Positions 9,371 through 23,673 of a stretch of DNA of 64,000 nt are shown piece by piece (position 1 is the stretch's first letter; every line of letters begins with the position of its first letter). Location: the NCBI GenBank assembly GCA_010093815.1, contig ML996568.1; one strand, written 5' to 3'. The notes under the pieces were generated by a model. That model was given only the letters and a program-made list of their open reading frames with translations. It made no database searches and was not told the DNA's origin. Origin of the DNA: Pseudovirgaria hyperparasitica. Taxonomy: Eukaryota. A program made the position numbers and the translations under genes.

Positions 9371-12166
9371 GCACACTCACTCTCACTCTCACCCAACTTT
9401 CCATTGTCCACTCCACTCACCCCTACGCTCCCTGACCATCACCACCACTCACCACTCACCACCACCCCTTGACCCTGGCTCTTTTTGACACTCCCTCATT
9501 CACCACCCCCTCCCCCCCCTCCCCCATTCCAGGCGCGTTTGTCTGTCTGTCAAAGCGATTGTCCTCGTCCTCGTCCTCGTCCTCCTCCATCATCCTCGTC
9601 TCCTCTTCCATGTGCGTGCCATGATTGAACAAAGCAATGCGCAGCTGCGTCAAGCTGCTGTCAATTCCCTCAATCTCTGGCTGCTAGTCAAATTAGTGCA
9701 CGTCAGCATCTAGAGTTCCAGACAGCCAAGTCCATGAGACGATCGCTTTCCACAATTGCCGCTCGTTGCATGAAGCCGTGAGTCGCTTGATGTGACTCTT
9801 CCTCTACCGTGGAGGGTGGTGGTGGTGGTGGTGGTGTCGACAAACAGAGACACCTAGCTGTAGCTGTAGCTGTTACGGTAGCTCCCCAAGGCTCAAAGCA
9901 GCCCCCGCAGCACTCTCCACCGAGCTGATGGAGCTGATGGGGCCCGTCCAGCAGTGCGGTAATAGAATGTGGCCTGTCCTGTCCTGTCCTGAGACACTGC
10001 GCCTCGACGGACCATGTTTGGTCTTGTTTGAAGAGAGGTAGTGCGAAGAAAGGGAGGGAGACCAGCGTGGGATTGTGTGTGATGAATGTGTAGAGAAAGA
10101 ATAAAGTGCGGAGTTGTTTTGTGTGGAGCGTTGGGCGTGGGAGGAGGTGCTGAGCCACAATTGCTGTCCGAATGCGGTAAGTGTACTGTCCCAGCCACAG
10201 CCAATCTCACCGCCTGCCCATCCTCTCGTCCTCTCTCGTCCTCTCATCTCACTCCAATTCACTCATAACTCTCTCCACTACTACTAGCACTGCCTCTCTA
10301 TCTACTGCACGCAATAACCGCCTTCCATCCCGCTGCGAACGATGCCATCGGGCTCCTCCGCTCATTTCTCCTACCGCGCGACTGTTGCTCGTCATTCTTC
10401 ATCTTCACAACCTACCTTCTGAACGACTCGTTCATCGTAGCGGTCATGGAAGAGGCCAGCGTCTGCGCTTCCGCCATGAGACAGTAGTCTCTTCACCCTT
10501 CACAACCCGCCCTTATCGCCCTTCCACAACGGCGCTATGACAAACATATCGTGTAAGAGACTCAAGTCATGAATTCATCGTCAAACGACAAGCGCGTTTA
10601 TGGTAGCTGCAGATGTGAGTGTGTGAGTGTGAGTGGTCCACATTGACCAGCTACCCCAATGACCCCAGTGCCGTCGAGCTGCAGCTTCTAGCTATACCCA
10701 GTTCGTCTGACCGGTCAACATCGCATCCTCACCCTCTGCCATCTTTGACCGGTCGCCTTCTCGTTTCCCCAGCGCGCTTCCTGCTCCGACGGGCCGCTAA
10801 TATCCGTTGCTCTGCCTGATTGCGCGTTTGACCATCGTGTCGTCATGCGCCGTGCATCCTCGTCAACAGTCAACATTCTTGCTGTGCCGCGACCGCTTCC
10901 CAAAACATAAATCGCTATAGGTGGGTGTGTTGACTTGTGATGCTGTGTCTGGCTCACTTGGCCAATTGAGGACGTGGCTTGGCTCCTAGGCCTGCCCCGC
11001 TATCATCGGCTGCAGAAAATGATAGTCTGCAAAGACAAAAGGGCGCCATCTTCGTAAAACCCCCCATATCAGCAGCTATCAGCAGTTCTGTCTGACTCCT
11101 ACTTTGACTCAACGGATCCTCATGACCGACGGATTGATCTGCCCATCTCGGCCCAGCATCCGCCACAAGACATGCGCCCGTTATTGACAGGCTCGTCCAT
11201 GATGACTCCCACACACATAACCTGGAGAATCCTTCCTGTGCTACACGTCCTGTCCTGATATTCCCAGGGACTCGATGCTAAGCATGCTAAGCCAGCTCCA
11301 TCTATATGCAGTTCTGTCTCATTTCTTCTCCCATCCCTTCTCGCGTACATCTTTGCTTAGATCCTCCGCCAGCACTTCAGGACACGTTTCCCTTCCAGTC
11401 CATCAGCAGTGTACCTTTATTATTGTTTTTTTTAACATCACGTAAAAGTACCTGCATGTCCTGGTTGCCTGCTTCAAGTGCTCAATATGCCATGGTCCCG
11501 ACGCTCTGTTTTCTACTGCAGCCCGTTCCGTCCCTTCCACCCTTCTCAGCTCCCACAAGCCTCGCTTCGTGATCAGGACCCCTGCCTGTACGATATGGTG
11601 GCTTAAGGCAACAGCGGGCCAGGCCATGTCTCCCTCCCGTTGTCTCCCTATTGATCCATCTCGCCCAATCGCCTTATCCAGCCTGTTGCCTTGCGGACGA
11701 CGACGACGCGCAAGCTATCGGAATGTACTCGTAGCAACTGCTAGAAGACGCCATATGTCAGCAGAAGTATCATTGATATCAACAATGACGTCTCGCATGG
11801 CCGACCCTGCCTGAGGCATGTCGGCTGACCAGACAAGGCCACCGGTAACATCATCTACCCGTTGGAACAGGTTTGGGCCGATCGCTCACTGATGCCGGTC
11901 ACCTAATATCTGTTGCCATGCCGTGCTATCTTGCTCCGGCTTTTCTGTTGATCATGCCGTAAATATCTCGTTGTCATAGTATTGTTTTGCTTGCTGCTGA
12001 CCAATGTTGGGCACGACTGTCTGTGACCGGTACGTGTGGTGATTACAGGCGGGCTGCTTCACCATAACGCTCCACCGGTGTTGGGCTAGAGAATGGCTCC
12101 TTTTACCGATAACAGGTCGTCTATGCAGCTGTGTCCTGGAAAGTGGTCAAGTCCCGGCATCTGCAG

Positions 12167-12618
12167 ATGATGCAAAGCCATGCCAAGCTGTATGTTGGTG
12201 CCTCAGGCCTCAAATACCTCGGCCCAACTCCGGGATATCAGAATGCTAGCGGAAATGCTGTCGAACCTCACGTCTTCACCACGCACGCATCCGCATCGCC
12301 AATTCCTGCTCCGCAACGGCTCTGGACGCTCCATCATGGCGAAAGCAAAGAGTATGTTGCCCTTGTAACTCACATCCACTCTCCTCTACACCAATTCATC
12401 AGTCCCGATCGTTCCAGTGCTCACTACAGCCTCACGCATGCATCCATACTCGCGTTATCAAATCCAATACAACACCTCTCGAAGCAATATACTAATCTCT
12501 TTCACTGCGCAGAATCCCGCACCATCGCCGTCCGCCTGATATCCATGGCGCTGACGGGCTACTTCAAAACCTTTACGCGGCCGCGCAAGGCGAGGCCCTT
12601 GAGCTTGCTGAGATATGA
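12167..12618 (+). CDS. Possible small spliced gene (~96 aa) or lncRNA exons
   Basis: Canonical intron 12352-12512 (GTATGT...ACTAAT...GCAG) joins MMQSHAK...GESKE to IPHHRRP...ALELAEI*. Further donor-like sites occur at 12030 and ~12627. Confidence 0.25.
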
Positions 12619-13511
12619 TCCTGTTGGTATGTTTCTGTCTTTTCCTCCTGGGCTCTTCTGGGGAGAAAGGAGGGGTCATGAGAGGGCGTGAGGAATGGGG
12701 AGCACTACGTTATATTTTGAATTGAAAGGAGGAACCTGGTGCTGCGACTGGTCCTGGCACTGACATTCGCGTAGTGAAGAAGAAAGTCCTCTTTCTCGAG
12801 CGGAAACGGGGGAAGTAAAGACACGCATCCAACCCGCATCCGAGAAGTGCATATATAGAAATGAACCAACGAACTCGCGACCGTACCAATGTACCTCTAC
12901 AACTACGCTACGCATCTCCACCGGCATCGAACCGCCCAACCCAACCGATAACACACACATCACACGATCCGAACATATGTACATATCACACACCATATAC
13001 CACACCACCACCCCACGACCAACCGAAACCTTCAATGAGCGAGAGATAGTGCAGGAGACAAGACGCGGCTCGCGAAGCATTGTACTATATTCTTACCTGT
13101 TTTCGTTTTCTTACAAAATATGCATCGACCCGGCGTTCTGACGCGATATCAAGAGCTATATGCGTGCGTTCGTGCGTGCCGTCTAACCCACTTCCAGTGA
13201 TAAAATGGAGCCGTATTCCTGTCTTACGCTGCTGGTTGTCCTGAATATGCTGTCTGTCGGGTACGAGATGTACTGAAGAATTAGTTGGATGGTGACAATG
13301 ATGATGATGTGGATCAGCAGCTCATGGACATTTTGCGCGCCCTGGAGATATGCATGTATGCGTGCATGCATGAAACGAACGAACGAACGAAGTCGAATTG
13401 ACTAATATGACTTTTGATACCACCTCCACCCGCCCCTACTCCCCTCTCTCCTCTCCTCTCTCTCTTCTCCTCTCACCACCTCCACCACCACCCCCAACTC
13501 CCCACCCAAAC

Positions 13512-15460
13512 TCACTCCTCTTCTTCTCCCTCCTCCTCCTCCTCCTCCTCCTCCTCCTCCTCCTCCTCATCAGCAACAGCAGCAGCAGCACCACCACTAC
13601 CAACACCAGCACCACCACCCACCGCCTCCACACAGGACACCGCCACCCGCGCCACCTCACACTCCTCCCACTTCCTCCACACACACACGTTCACCGCGAT
13701 GCGCTTCCCCACGCGCTCCGCCAACCGCGGCACCGCGTGCCACCCCGGCGCCAGGTGCGGAGCGCAAGCCTTGACGGCCTGCCACCCCCCACCCGGCTGC
13801 ACCGCGAAGGTGGCGGCCAGGGTGTATGCGCCACGGGTGTGGAAGCCGATCTGCTTCGTTAGCCGACTGTTCTTTGCTTGAGTCGTAGAAGGGAAGAAGA
13901 CCGACGGACGAGAAGAAAGGGGGGGAAAGGAAGAGAAAGGGGAAAAGGAAAAGGAAGGAGAGGAGACAAAAGGCAAGAGGGGGAAGGGCAAAAGCACATA
14001 AAAGCGCCCCAAACCCCCCCCCCAAAACCAAGGAAAAAACCGCCAAAAGCGCAACAGGACAAGCACAAACCGACGTGCAGCAGCCGATACAAACCGCCAC
14101 ACGCCACGCCAGTACAACTCACCACAACACTCGCACCCGAGCGCGACACGCTCAACACCTGAGCATCCAGCCCAGCCTTCCACCCACGAGCCCGGCGCGA
14201 GGCCGGCGCGGCGGCACTCTCCACGCCGGCCGCGGGACGGCGCGACCATTCGAACTTGGCGCAGCCGCGCACGTCGAGGAATTGGCCGAGGCGGCCCTTG
14301 CGCGAATGCGCGAGTAGGGTGACGATGGCGTCGGAGGGGCGGAGCGCGGTCTGGTCCAGTTGACGGAAGTCCTGGGTGATGTCGAGGATGCGAGGGGCGG
14401 GCGGGCCGGGAACGGCGGAGATGGCGGCGAGGGCGGCGGAGATGGCGGCGGTGGCGGGAGAGGTGGAGGCTGCGAAGCGGAGGGGCATTGTTGGGGCCGG
14501 GAGGGCGGGAGCGGGGAAGTGGGATTGGGGGAGGGGAGAGGTGGGGATGAGGGCGGTGGAAGCGAGGCGCTTGAGGGCGCGGATGCGGGTTGCGAGACGG
14601 CACTTTTCGACGGTGAGGTGCTCGTCTTTTGTGAGGGTGAAGTCTTCTGTGTCGGGGGTTGGGGATCTCGGGGGCGGGCCGGTGGGGAAGGGGCCGGGGA
14701 TTGCGTTGACGCTTTGCAGGACGTGGTAGGCCTTTGCTTCTGCTTTGGCGAAGGCGTCGTGGAGCGGATGTTGGGGCGGCGGTGCTTCGGATTTCATGAC
14801 GATCAGGGCGGACTTGACGTGGGGTTCACGGTATGGAGGCTTGTCCGTGTCGTTGAGGAGGTGCATGACTGCATCTTCTATGCTTTCCGACTCAGACGTC
14901 TCGAGCGAGCAAGGGTGAGGATTGGGAGGCGACATTGGTGGTGTGGATGCGGTTGCAGCAGTGCTTGATGAGCCTGCATCAACTGGTGTCTCGTATCGTA
15001 GCAGCTGGCCTGACTGGAAGACTGTCTCCATGCCATGGGTCACAACCAAGCGAGCCAGTTCTTCGGCTGTAAAACCAGGCGGTGGCGCACCGGTGGCAAG
15101 AATGCTTTCTGCTATGCGAATCTCTTCGGCAGTGTATTCTGGCGGTGGACCTTGGCCACCAGGTGTGTGATGGATTGTCTCTACGAGGACTGTATGGGGT
15201 AGAGGATATGAATTGCCTGCCGAACGACGGACTTCCGCTGCAGTGAAACCAGGGGGTGGTGCGCGAGGTACCATACCTGAACGACGAATTACGTCAACAG
15301 TGAAGCTTAACGAACGCGGCGGCAGAGTGTTGGCCGAGTTTGCTGGTGCGTTTGACGGCGAGTTTCGTGGAGGCAGAGGCTGCTCCTGTTCCTCTTCGAT
15401 CATAGGCATGACATTGCGAGCTGCGGCCTTGCGATTTGCTTGTGCTGATGAAGAAGGCAT
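13512..15460 (-). CDS. Hypothetical proline-rich protein (~558 aa, 2 exons) with a poly-Glu tail
   Basis: Exon 1 is 15460-14123 and exon 2 is 13850-13512. The phase-0 intron 14122-13851 (GTGAGT...GCTAAC...CAG) joins ORF 13859..15526 to the frame of ORF 13512..14603 (...SGASVV|IGFHTRG...). Confidence 0.7.
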
Positions 15461-15982
15461 GGTTCGTGAAGATCTGGAACGATGGCAACGACTGTGAAGA
15501 AAGTAAGACAATGATGTTGTTGACAAGGAGCAGAATAGAAAGTGGGCGTGGGCGCGACTTTAAATACTGGTTGCTGAGCCTGCGCGCGCGACGCTACGCC
15601 GTGAACAAGGTAAACAATGCGTAAGTGAAGATCGTTTGGTCTTGTTCACTGCCGGAGATCAGGCGAGAAAACCCGCACATACCATCAGGCAACAGCTGAA
15701 CAGACCAGAGACGTCATACTATCATGATGTATTGGACATATATCTCTCTATCTATCTCTTTACATGACCCCCATAAACACTGTCATATCAGGGGAAAGTC
15801 AATCGCTCAATTTAGTCGTAAAGATGCTGTGTAATGTAATCCATACGTCGAATGTCTTCTCAGTCTCAATTTTGCTGATATGTTTATCACAGGCAGTTCG
15901 CTTCGCACGTCGAGGCGTAGATTCCTTAGCGCCGGGTGTGACGAAAAGTGAATTCGAGAACGGGGTGACGAAGTAATGTCAA

Positions 15983-18900
15983 CTACTCAAGTTCTTGCTG
16001 GAATCGAAGGCTATAGCGGTCAGCTATACAGTCTGTTAGTATCGATATCAGCATTACACAGGCAATGCTTACTCTTCTGCGATGTGGCCTTGGTTCTACG
16101 CGGAATAGTAGAGCTGCGGAATCGGGTATGATTGATGGACTGAGATCTGCTTTTCGCTGGACACATTGTCTGAGACGAGGATTTGGAAGGACCTTCTGGA
16201 GACCGAAACTGGCTTCCACCGTATGGCTGATCATGGCCTTTATAGACCTTTGCTTTCTTCTGTGTATTGCTTTCACCTGAGTGCTGCGACACTGCGCCTT
16301 TACGCTTGGACGCTACCTTGATGGGAGATAATCTGGACTTTCTCTGTTGACAGTCTTTGGCGTTTCCATGGCTCATTTCTGGTCTACTTGGAATTTGGTC
16401 ATGGGCGCAATCAGTAGACGAGGTAGGGCTGAGATGCGAGCGAACAGGGTCTTCAGTCTGCTCTGCTGATTCATTGTCGTTAGAGCCAATGGTCCTGATA
16501 CTCGTCTTGTCGTGGGTAGTCATCCTAGAATCCATTGGAGTGAGCTTCGACGCAGTGTTGGCTTGTGAACGAGGCCTTTCCGTCAAGAACGGGTTGGACA
16601 TGTACGCTGTTGGTTTGCTCATCGCTCCATTTGACTGTTGATCTCGATCAAATACTCGGATTCGGCTGTTAAATTTCAGCTGTCTCGATGCTTTGGAAGG
16701 TAATGCACTACTGTCGTCTTTACTAGACAGCCAAGCGGGTCGCATGTACTCCTCCGGCGTCGATTGCGGCGCTAGCTCCGATAGAGGAGATGAGGGTGGT
16801 GATGATCGTGTATTCTGTTGATGGAATTTACAGAACTTAGTAGGCTCGTTGGAAGATGCCTGAGGAGCAATTTGACTTGCCCTGGCTTCGAATTGGATGT
16901 CATGTATCTCAGTGTCGTTCAGGAACACGGCCGGATATGTGTTTTCATTGTCCATCGGGAATATCTCAGAGTCGTCATTCACGAGGCTCAGTCGTGATCG
17001 AGGCGATCCGACAGTTTCTAAGGGTACAGTATGTGCTTGATCTGCTGGTGCTTCTCTTTGGCAGCTGCTAAGGGTTGCTCGGTCGACCTTTCTCCTTGGT
17101 TTCTTCATTACGCCTTGATTTGTCATTACCATAGGTTGATCTGTGGTCGTAGACTGCGTGCTTGACCTGATTCGCTCTTGAGAGTCTTCGACAACGCTAG
17201 TCGAAGGTGTACCGATCCAAGGATGCCTATCCATCATACTTTGACTATCCTGGCTGTCAACAGTAGTTTGTGCTCCCGAAACCTGAGTGTCTGGCACCAG
17301 GACCAATACTTCCTGCGAGGTGTCCTGTCTTGGATTGGTTAGAAATGCTCGTTCGATAGCTTGTAATCTGTCTTCGGCCTCGGAGGCTCTGGTTTGTGCT
17401 TCTTTTATCTCAGTCAGCAAGGTGTTGACTTGGGACTCGAAATTGGCTTTCATTTGTGCCGCATTACGCTGAGTAGCCAGTTTAGCAGCTTCTGCGTCAG
17501 CAATTTGCTGCTCGGCTTTCAAGTTTGAGGTAACTTTATCCACAATCGTGCCATTAAGTTGCCGCAAATCTGCCTTCAATTTCTCTTGTTGCTCTGTGAG
17601 CATGTTTATAGTGGCCTGCGAAGACTGATCGGTGTCGTAAAGCCTGCGCTCGAGTGCAGAAACATGAGACTCGTTGGAAGCCTTTTGCTGCTGGAAAGCC
17701 TCGATCTGTTCTTTGTACCTGCTTTGTTCATTCAACAGACTGGTTTGAGCCTCTTGAATTGCTTGCCGCGAGCTTGATGTAAGCGCCAGTTGCTCATTCT
17801 CTGTTGTTCTTAATTTGGTCTCAAACTGTTGCAATCCCTCAGTGTATTTCCTTTGTTGTTCTGCAAACGCAAAGTCAAAGTCAGATTGATGTTTCTGCAA
17901 CATTCGGTAATTCTTGTCCAGGTTTTCATCCGCATTCTTGAGCTTCTCCTTCAGAACTCTTGTCTCAGTTTCGGCGTCGCTCAGATTCGAACTCAACTTT
18001 TGAAGTGCAGAATCTCTCTCTTGTACTGATTCAGCTGAGCGTAACAAACGCTCTTGAAGGTCTTTCACGCTTTCGTTTTTCTCATGGAGTTCATCCACGA
18101 GTTTATGCAGCTCAGTAATTGTAGAGGCTTGAGCACCTTCAGTCTCCCTTGCCTTTTCCAGCTCAAGCTGCAACGCGCTGATCTTTGTCACGTTTGCGCT
18201 TTCAGTCGTTTTGAATGTAAGAGATACTTGCTGAAGTTCATTGAGCTTGACAGTCTGTGACTCTACAGTTCTCTTCAATGTTCCTGATGCTTGGTCGAGA
18301 TTGTGAATCTCTGTAGCTTGCACGCTCGCGGTCTTCTGCAATACCTCCAAAGCTTGCTCCAATTCTTTGATTCTTGTAATTTGTACGTTCTCGGTTACCT
18401 TCGTCGCGGCCAATGCCTGTTTCAACTCCCAAAGTTCCGCAGCTTGTCCGCATTCGATAGATTTGAGAGCGTCAATCTCGACCTTTTCGCTGATAAGCGC
18501 CTCATCTGACTGTTTTGAGACCGTCTCCTCACTCTCCTTGGATTGGCTGACAACCTGCTGTAAGCTGTCAATGGCTGTAGCTTTCGTACGAAGATCAATC
18601 TCCAATGTCTCGATTCTGGCGACTTTATCGACGAGATCCTCCTTCAACAGGTTTAGCTCGGCCTTCGCGGTTTCCAGTTCCTTTGCTACGTGTTTACGCC
18701 TTTTGTCAGCGTGGATAACCTTTTGAGTAGCCTGATGCATCTCGTTTTCATGTTCAGCCAACTTTTCATTGATAATGATATTCGACTCTTTCAGAATTTG
18801 CGCTTTGGTCTCCTCTATCTTGGTCAACATCTCGGCTTCCAGCTTCGCCTTCTGTTCGAGTAATCCAGAATACTTGCTTTCAGAATCTTGGTATCTGTCT

Positions 18901-21900
18901 TCACACACTGTGATATGGAGCCGGAGTTCCTGTTCAGCATTGATAGACGCTTGAAGCCTTTCGGCACTTTCGGACAACTCGGAACTTTTTGACTCGATTT
19001 GAGCGATCAGCGAACTGCACTGGGTTTCCAATCTGCACATGATTTCTTCATTGCCACGCTCAAGCGCAACAAACTGATCTTTTTGGGCTTGGACCTCGCG
19101 CTGCAGCTGAGAGATCTGTTTCTTGTAGATCGACTCCTCATTGCGGATTGTTTCGAGTTGACGCTGAAGGTTCAAACAAGAGTTGCGCTCTTGAGATACC
19201 TTCTCACCGAGCGTCGCAATATCTGTTCGTTGAGTGCCGAGTTTCTCTTCCAGTGTTGCTTTCTCAACCATGCTCTGCGCTAGGTCTTCTAACTTTCCCG
19301 TCAAGAGACATTGAAGACCAGTAATACCAGTCTTGATGTCACCAGACAGAGCGACTGGATCATTGACTGCCTCCAGGAGTCTGCACGATATTAGTGCTCA
19401 ATCCAGACACCATGATTAAACAACTCACCTCTCAGCAGCCTCATTGACAGATGTGGTGACACGTTCAACATCGTCCATCGTTACATACTGACGACTCTGC
19501 AGATCTTTCAAGATTTTCCGAGATTCTAGCAATTCTTCCAGAATGCGGTCATTCTTGTGAGCAAGTTCGACATTGGTACATGCATCTACTAACTGGGCAG
19601 CAAATGTTTGACTCGCATGCTCGTTGTTAGCCTTCTCGGTCTCGAGTGACTTACTCAGGGTGGCTTTGGTCTTCTCGGCTTCTTGAAGAGCCAGTTGTGT
19701 GCGTGCTAATGTCTGCTGTAGTTTAATGTAGTCCTGCTGTAGAAGTCTCTCATTACTAATCGCCTGGATAGTCTCCGCTTGCGAGCGTTTCAGTCGTGAG
19801 GCGAAGTCCTCTAGAAATTCAATTACTTCCTTCTGCAATTCACGCTGTTCATCCGCCTGTTTCGGCAGTACCTGCAAGGCGTCGACCTCTTTTTCCTGGA
19901 GGCGTTCCTTAGACTGCCGCACCTTTTCGATGTCATTGCCCAGACCCTCGAGAAATTTTACCATATCTGCTGCTTTGCTTTGAAGTGACTTATGAGCCTC
20001 GTTGGCTTTCGCAAGTTCGGCTTGCAGGTTTTGAAATCGCTCAAGATCTTCTAGATAACCCTGTTCACGTGCTTTCAAGATTTGGACTTCCTGGCGAGCG
20101 AGAGCGAGCTCTTCCGTTTCTGTCTTGATGCTGTGATGAAGGAGAGCGAACAGTTGGGCGGAACAGAGAGGTGGCTTTTGGCTGCGCTTTCCGCTGGTCG
20201 CAGGTGGATTCACGTTCTTGATGGGTTTCGTTGCAAATCCTCGCTTTTCCACTCTCGACCTGCCATTTCTTTGAGCTACTCGGTGGAGTGCTCGTTCAGC
20301 GTTCGAAGTATGTGGTTCTCCTGCGCCTTGAGCAGTCGGTCCATTAACAAGGTCAACAATTGAAGGGCCTGGTTCATTGAGGGAGCACCTTGGTAGAATA
20401 ACGTCTTCTGTCTGGGCTGAGCAAGTTCGTATATCGAGGCGAGAATTATGCATCCTATCATTGATAATAGAAGCATCGGGAACTGTTCGTTCGGTCGTGA
20501 TCACGGCCATGGAACCGCCTTTGAGTGGATCTCCCTTGGAATGACAAGCTTTACCTGTTCCCATAGTGTCATCCTCTCGCACACTCTCTGGAAGGTCTTC
20601 ATCGATGTGCCTAAAGGATTGGGGTCCATTGGTGCATCCTACCCATCCATCAGTTATATCACTTGATGTTAATGGATGGCAAGCGGTAATAGTACTTACC
20701 GAAAACAGTTCCATCATCATTGGGCGTGCATGTCGGTTCCTCTGCATAATTGGCTGTTATGTATTAGTACCAAGTGCGGATAAGAGGATTGACAGTGCAT
20801 CTGAAGTACCTTTGGGCTTGGAAGCGGGATCCGTAATGTCAGTTGCAATCGGTAGAGTTTGCGGTAGAATTGCATTCTGTTTCAGGATATTCTCGAAAGG
20901 TCGAGAGCGGAAAGCGGCAATCTGGAACTGAGTCATTCCGGTAACATATCTTGAATCACTGCCCAAATCATCAATGACTTCAGTCAGTGGCGTAAAGTGA
21001 TGACTTGCAGAGGATATGCCGGTGGGCATTGAAACCCTTGGCGCCTGTCCACGCTGTTGTTGGCCGTTCATAATAACCCGACTTCTCCTGGAAGATAACG
21101 TATTCTTGCCTGTACGAATCTTGAGGGCTTCACCCTTTTTGCGTCTCGCATCCAGCTGGGATGGAGAATATTGTCTTAGAGACCTGGATTCAGATGAACA
21201 TTGCACCGCATTTGTCGGAGGTGCAGAATTGACAACAGAACGCACTGTTGCATCTACAATTTTGGACACATGGGATCCTGCCTGTCCAAGACTACTGGAA
21301 TGAGGATTAGCTATGGTGAGCTGTCGATTCCATCAAATTGAGAACTCACTGTTTTGGGACAGCCTGGTCATGATTTTCTGCATGTTCAGAAACGAGCGTT
21401 TCCGGGTCATGTCTTTCAGCATCAGCTCGAACAACATTACGTATAGTTTCGCCATGCCTGCGTTGCTCATGACCGTCTTCCAGAATAGGCTGTAGTCGTG
21501 CACCACACGCAGAATTATTTAAGTTGGCAACAGATCTTTCTAGTACCTGTAAGCATGCAAACAACCATATTGCTGAGGTGTTGTAAACTTGCCGACAGAA
21601 GATATGGACTCGTCATCAGTTCGCTGGAGCTGACTATCCAGACTTTGTTGCATTCCAGTTTGTTGTGCCTGCAACTGGGAGGACTCGGCTTCGATGGATT
21701 GAGTTTGATGGCCCTGGAGTCGTCGCCCCTTGAGTAGGGGACCCTGAGCTGGAGGGGTGTCACCTCGGTGAGCCTGAGCTACAGGCAGAATATGAGGGCT
21801 TCGGGACTGGTGTACCAATTGAACGTCTCTAGGAGGAATACGAGGAATCTGAGATTCCAAGGTTCCAGGTTGAGATAAGGGATCTCCTTGGGCTGAGGTC

Positions 21901-22304
21901 GGAGGCTCCTGCAACTTGGGTTGCTGTAAGTGCGCCTGAGCATATCGATATTTAACTCTAACAGCTTCTTGCATCTGGGCTCCGATATCATTAATTGTAG
22001 GCTGAACACGCATCACTGGCTGCTTGTCATCTCGAGGCCCCCAGGTGAATTGAGGCTGAGATAGTTGAGTGTTCTTCCGCTGAAAACAAGGAGGTGAATT
22101 TTCCGTGACAAGGGATTCAGTATAGCCGGCAGTAACGGGCCTTTCTGGGCTGTTGGTGATCACATCGACGTCTGGGTCAGACTCCATTATGGTGGACTCT
22201 GATCGCAAGACCTCGATGTGCAATCGCGAAGGTCCGCGAGACTCAAAGTCAAGCTGTCTGAGCTGAAAGCGAGCGAAAGCTGGATCCAGTTCAGGCTCAT
22301 TCAT
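15983..22304 (-). CDS. Very large coiled-coil protein (~1999 aa, 7 exons)
   Basis: Exons 22304-21593, 21539-21350, 21294-20810, 20753-20700, 20638-19429, 19380-16073 and 16023-15983 sum to 6000 nt in frame. Central E/K/Q/L-rich heptad region with disordered ends; C-terminus RYSLRFQQELE. The start codon is uncertain. Confidence 0.8.
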
Positions 22305-23673
22305 GCGTAGTTTCGATGGAAGTATCAGAAATCGCAACCGGACAAGATGATGGCAGTAGAACACAAGGACTGTGAGTAGAACGAGTCAAAGCGATCGGCT
22401 GAAGTATGAGAAATTGGAAGGCTTGTGATAGCATTGAATATTCGGAGAGTTGAGCTCCATTGTGGGATGAGTCGCTTGACGACTCAGGAAGGGGCGGACC
22501 TCTTGCTATGTTGTACATCAGGGCGAGGTATCCATGAATGTAGGCAATTCATTCTACTTAGTTGAGACACATTCTTGACTTTCTAAGGTTTTACTGCACC
22601 TCCAAGATTGCGATACTCAATATAGATACGCAAGGGAATGTTGATATCCCTGCTTGGCGCTGCAAGTATGGCCAAGATCCACTCTACAGTTCGCAGCCCA
22701 TTGACGACTAGCCATGAGACCAGAACACAATGAGCTCCTGCGAAAGGCATGTTCGAGTTTGACAGGAGATGCTTCACAGCAAAGGGTATGTGTGGAGATA
22801 GCAGTGATCAATATAAATCCCAGTGGGCCTGGACTCAGCTTCCCGAGCAATAAATGGTTGGTACTGTTATACTTAAAAGGAAGTCTTTACGCCACTGAAG
22901 GAGTACTCGCAGAACCACGATTACAACTGGCTTGTCGATCCTATTCTGTGCCTACTACATACATTATCTGGGCGTGCCACCCCTAGAGCAAAGAGGCTAG
23001 GATAGACATACAACGCTTCGTCTGGTGTTGAGGGGCACTTCCAAGGAAGCAGTGTTTTCAATGCCTGAGACCATTTTCACCCACGAAATGGTCTTGAGTC
23101 AAGTACACTGAATCCTTCTCGTATACGCGCGACAACTTTGAAGAATCTGGTAAGTTGCATGGAGGGAGGCAGTGCATCGAGAATGGTGTTGGCTCGTTGA
23201 AGTGTGAAGTTCTGTTGTTTAAGGACTAACTTTGTTCCTGCAGCTCCCTCGGCGCTAAAGTCCAGCCCGATCTTCAAGCCACAAAGCGTCGCCCACCAAT
23301 CAGTATCAGTAAAGCAACAAATCAGTAAAGCGACACCATTTAACCGCCCACGCTTTTACTCCACAACGCCAATCAACCTCTCTCGCACTCGCTCCTGAGC
23401 CCTCTTGTCGTTGTTCTAGTCCATCGATGCGCCAGGACATGCACGTATCGCCCGCGGCTTCGCATGGCGGTCACAGTGTGACGCCTTGTGATTTGGTAGC
23501 CGCCCGAGCTAGCTCAACCTCCTCGAGACCTCCTCCACGGCCGCAGCGCTCAAATATAGAGATGCTGCTCGCCATGGATGTGAAGGAGAGAAAAAGATTC
23601 CCGAAGATCCTATCCTTTCCCTGACATATCTGTGCCTCCTACGCCGCAGAAGAAACTCCCCATCGGTATTGAG

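Larger units (their letters stand above)
2600..13400. repeat. Microsatellite-dense, gene-poor block
   Basis: Dozens of short SSRs, e.g. (GA)n 3375-3400, (GCCA)n 3913 and 4917, (GATG)n 5276-5300, (CCCTG)n 5752-5791, (ATCC)n 5813-5833, (TGT)n 6386-6405, (GGT)n 9815-9835. Confidence 0.8.

Noticed and set aside
11195..11262. ATGATGA...CTGA resembling a C/D snoRNA
   Set aside because: Short, with no terminal stem and no recognisable rRNA guide.
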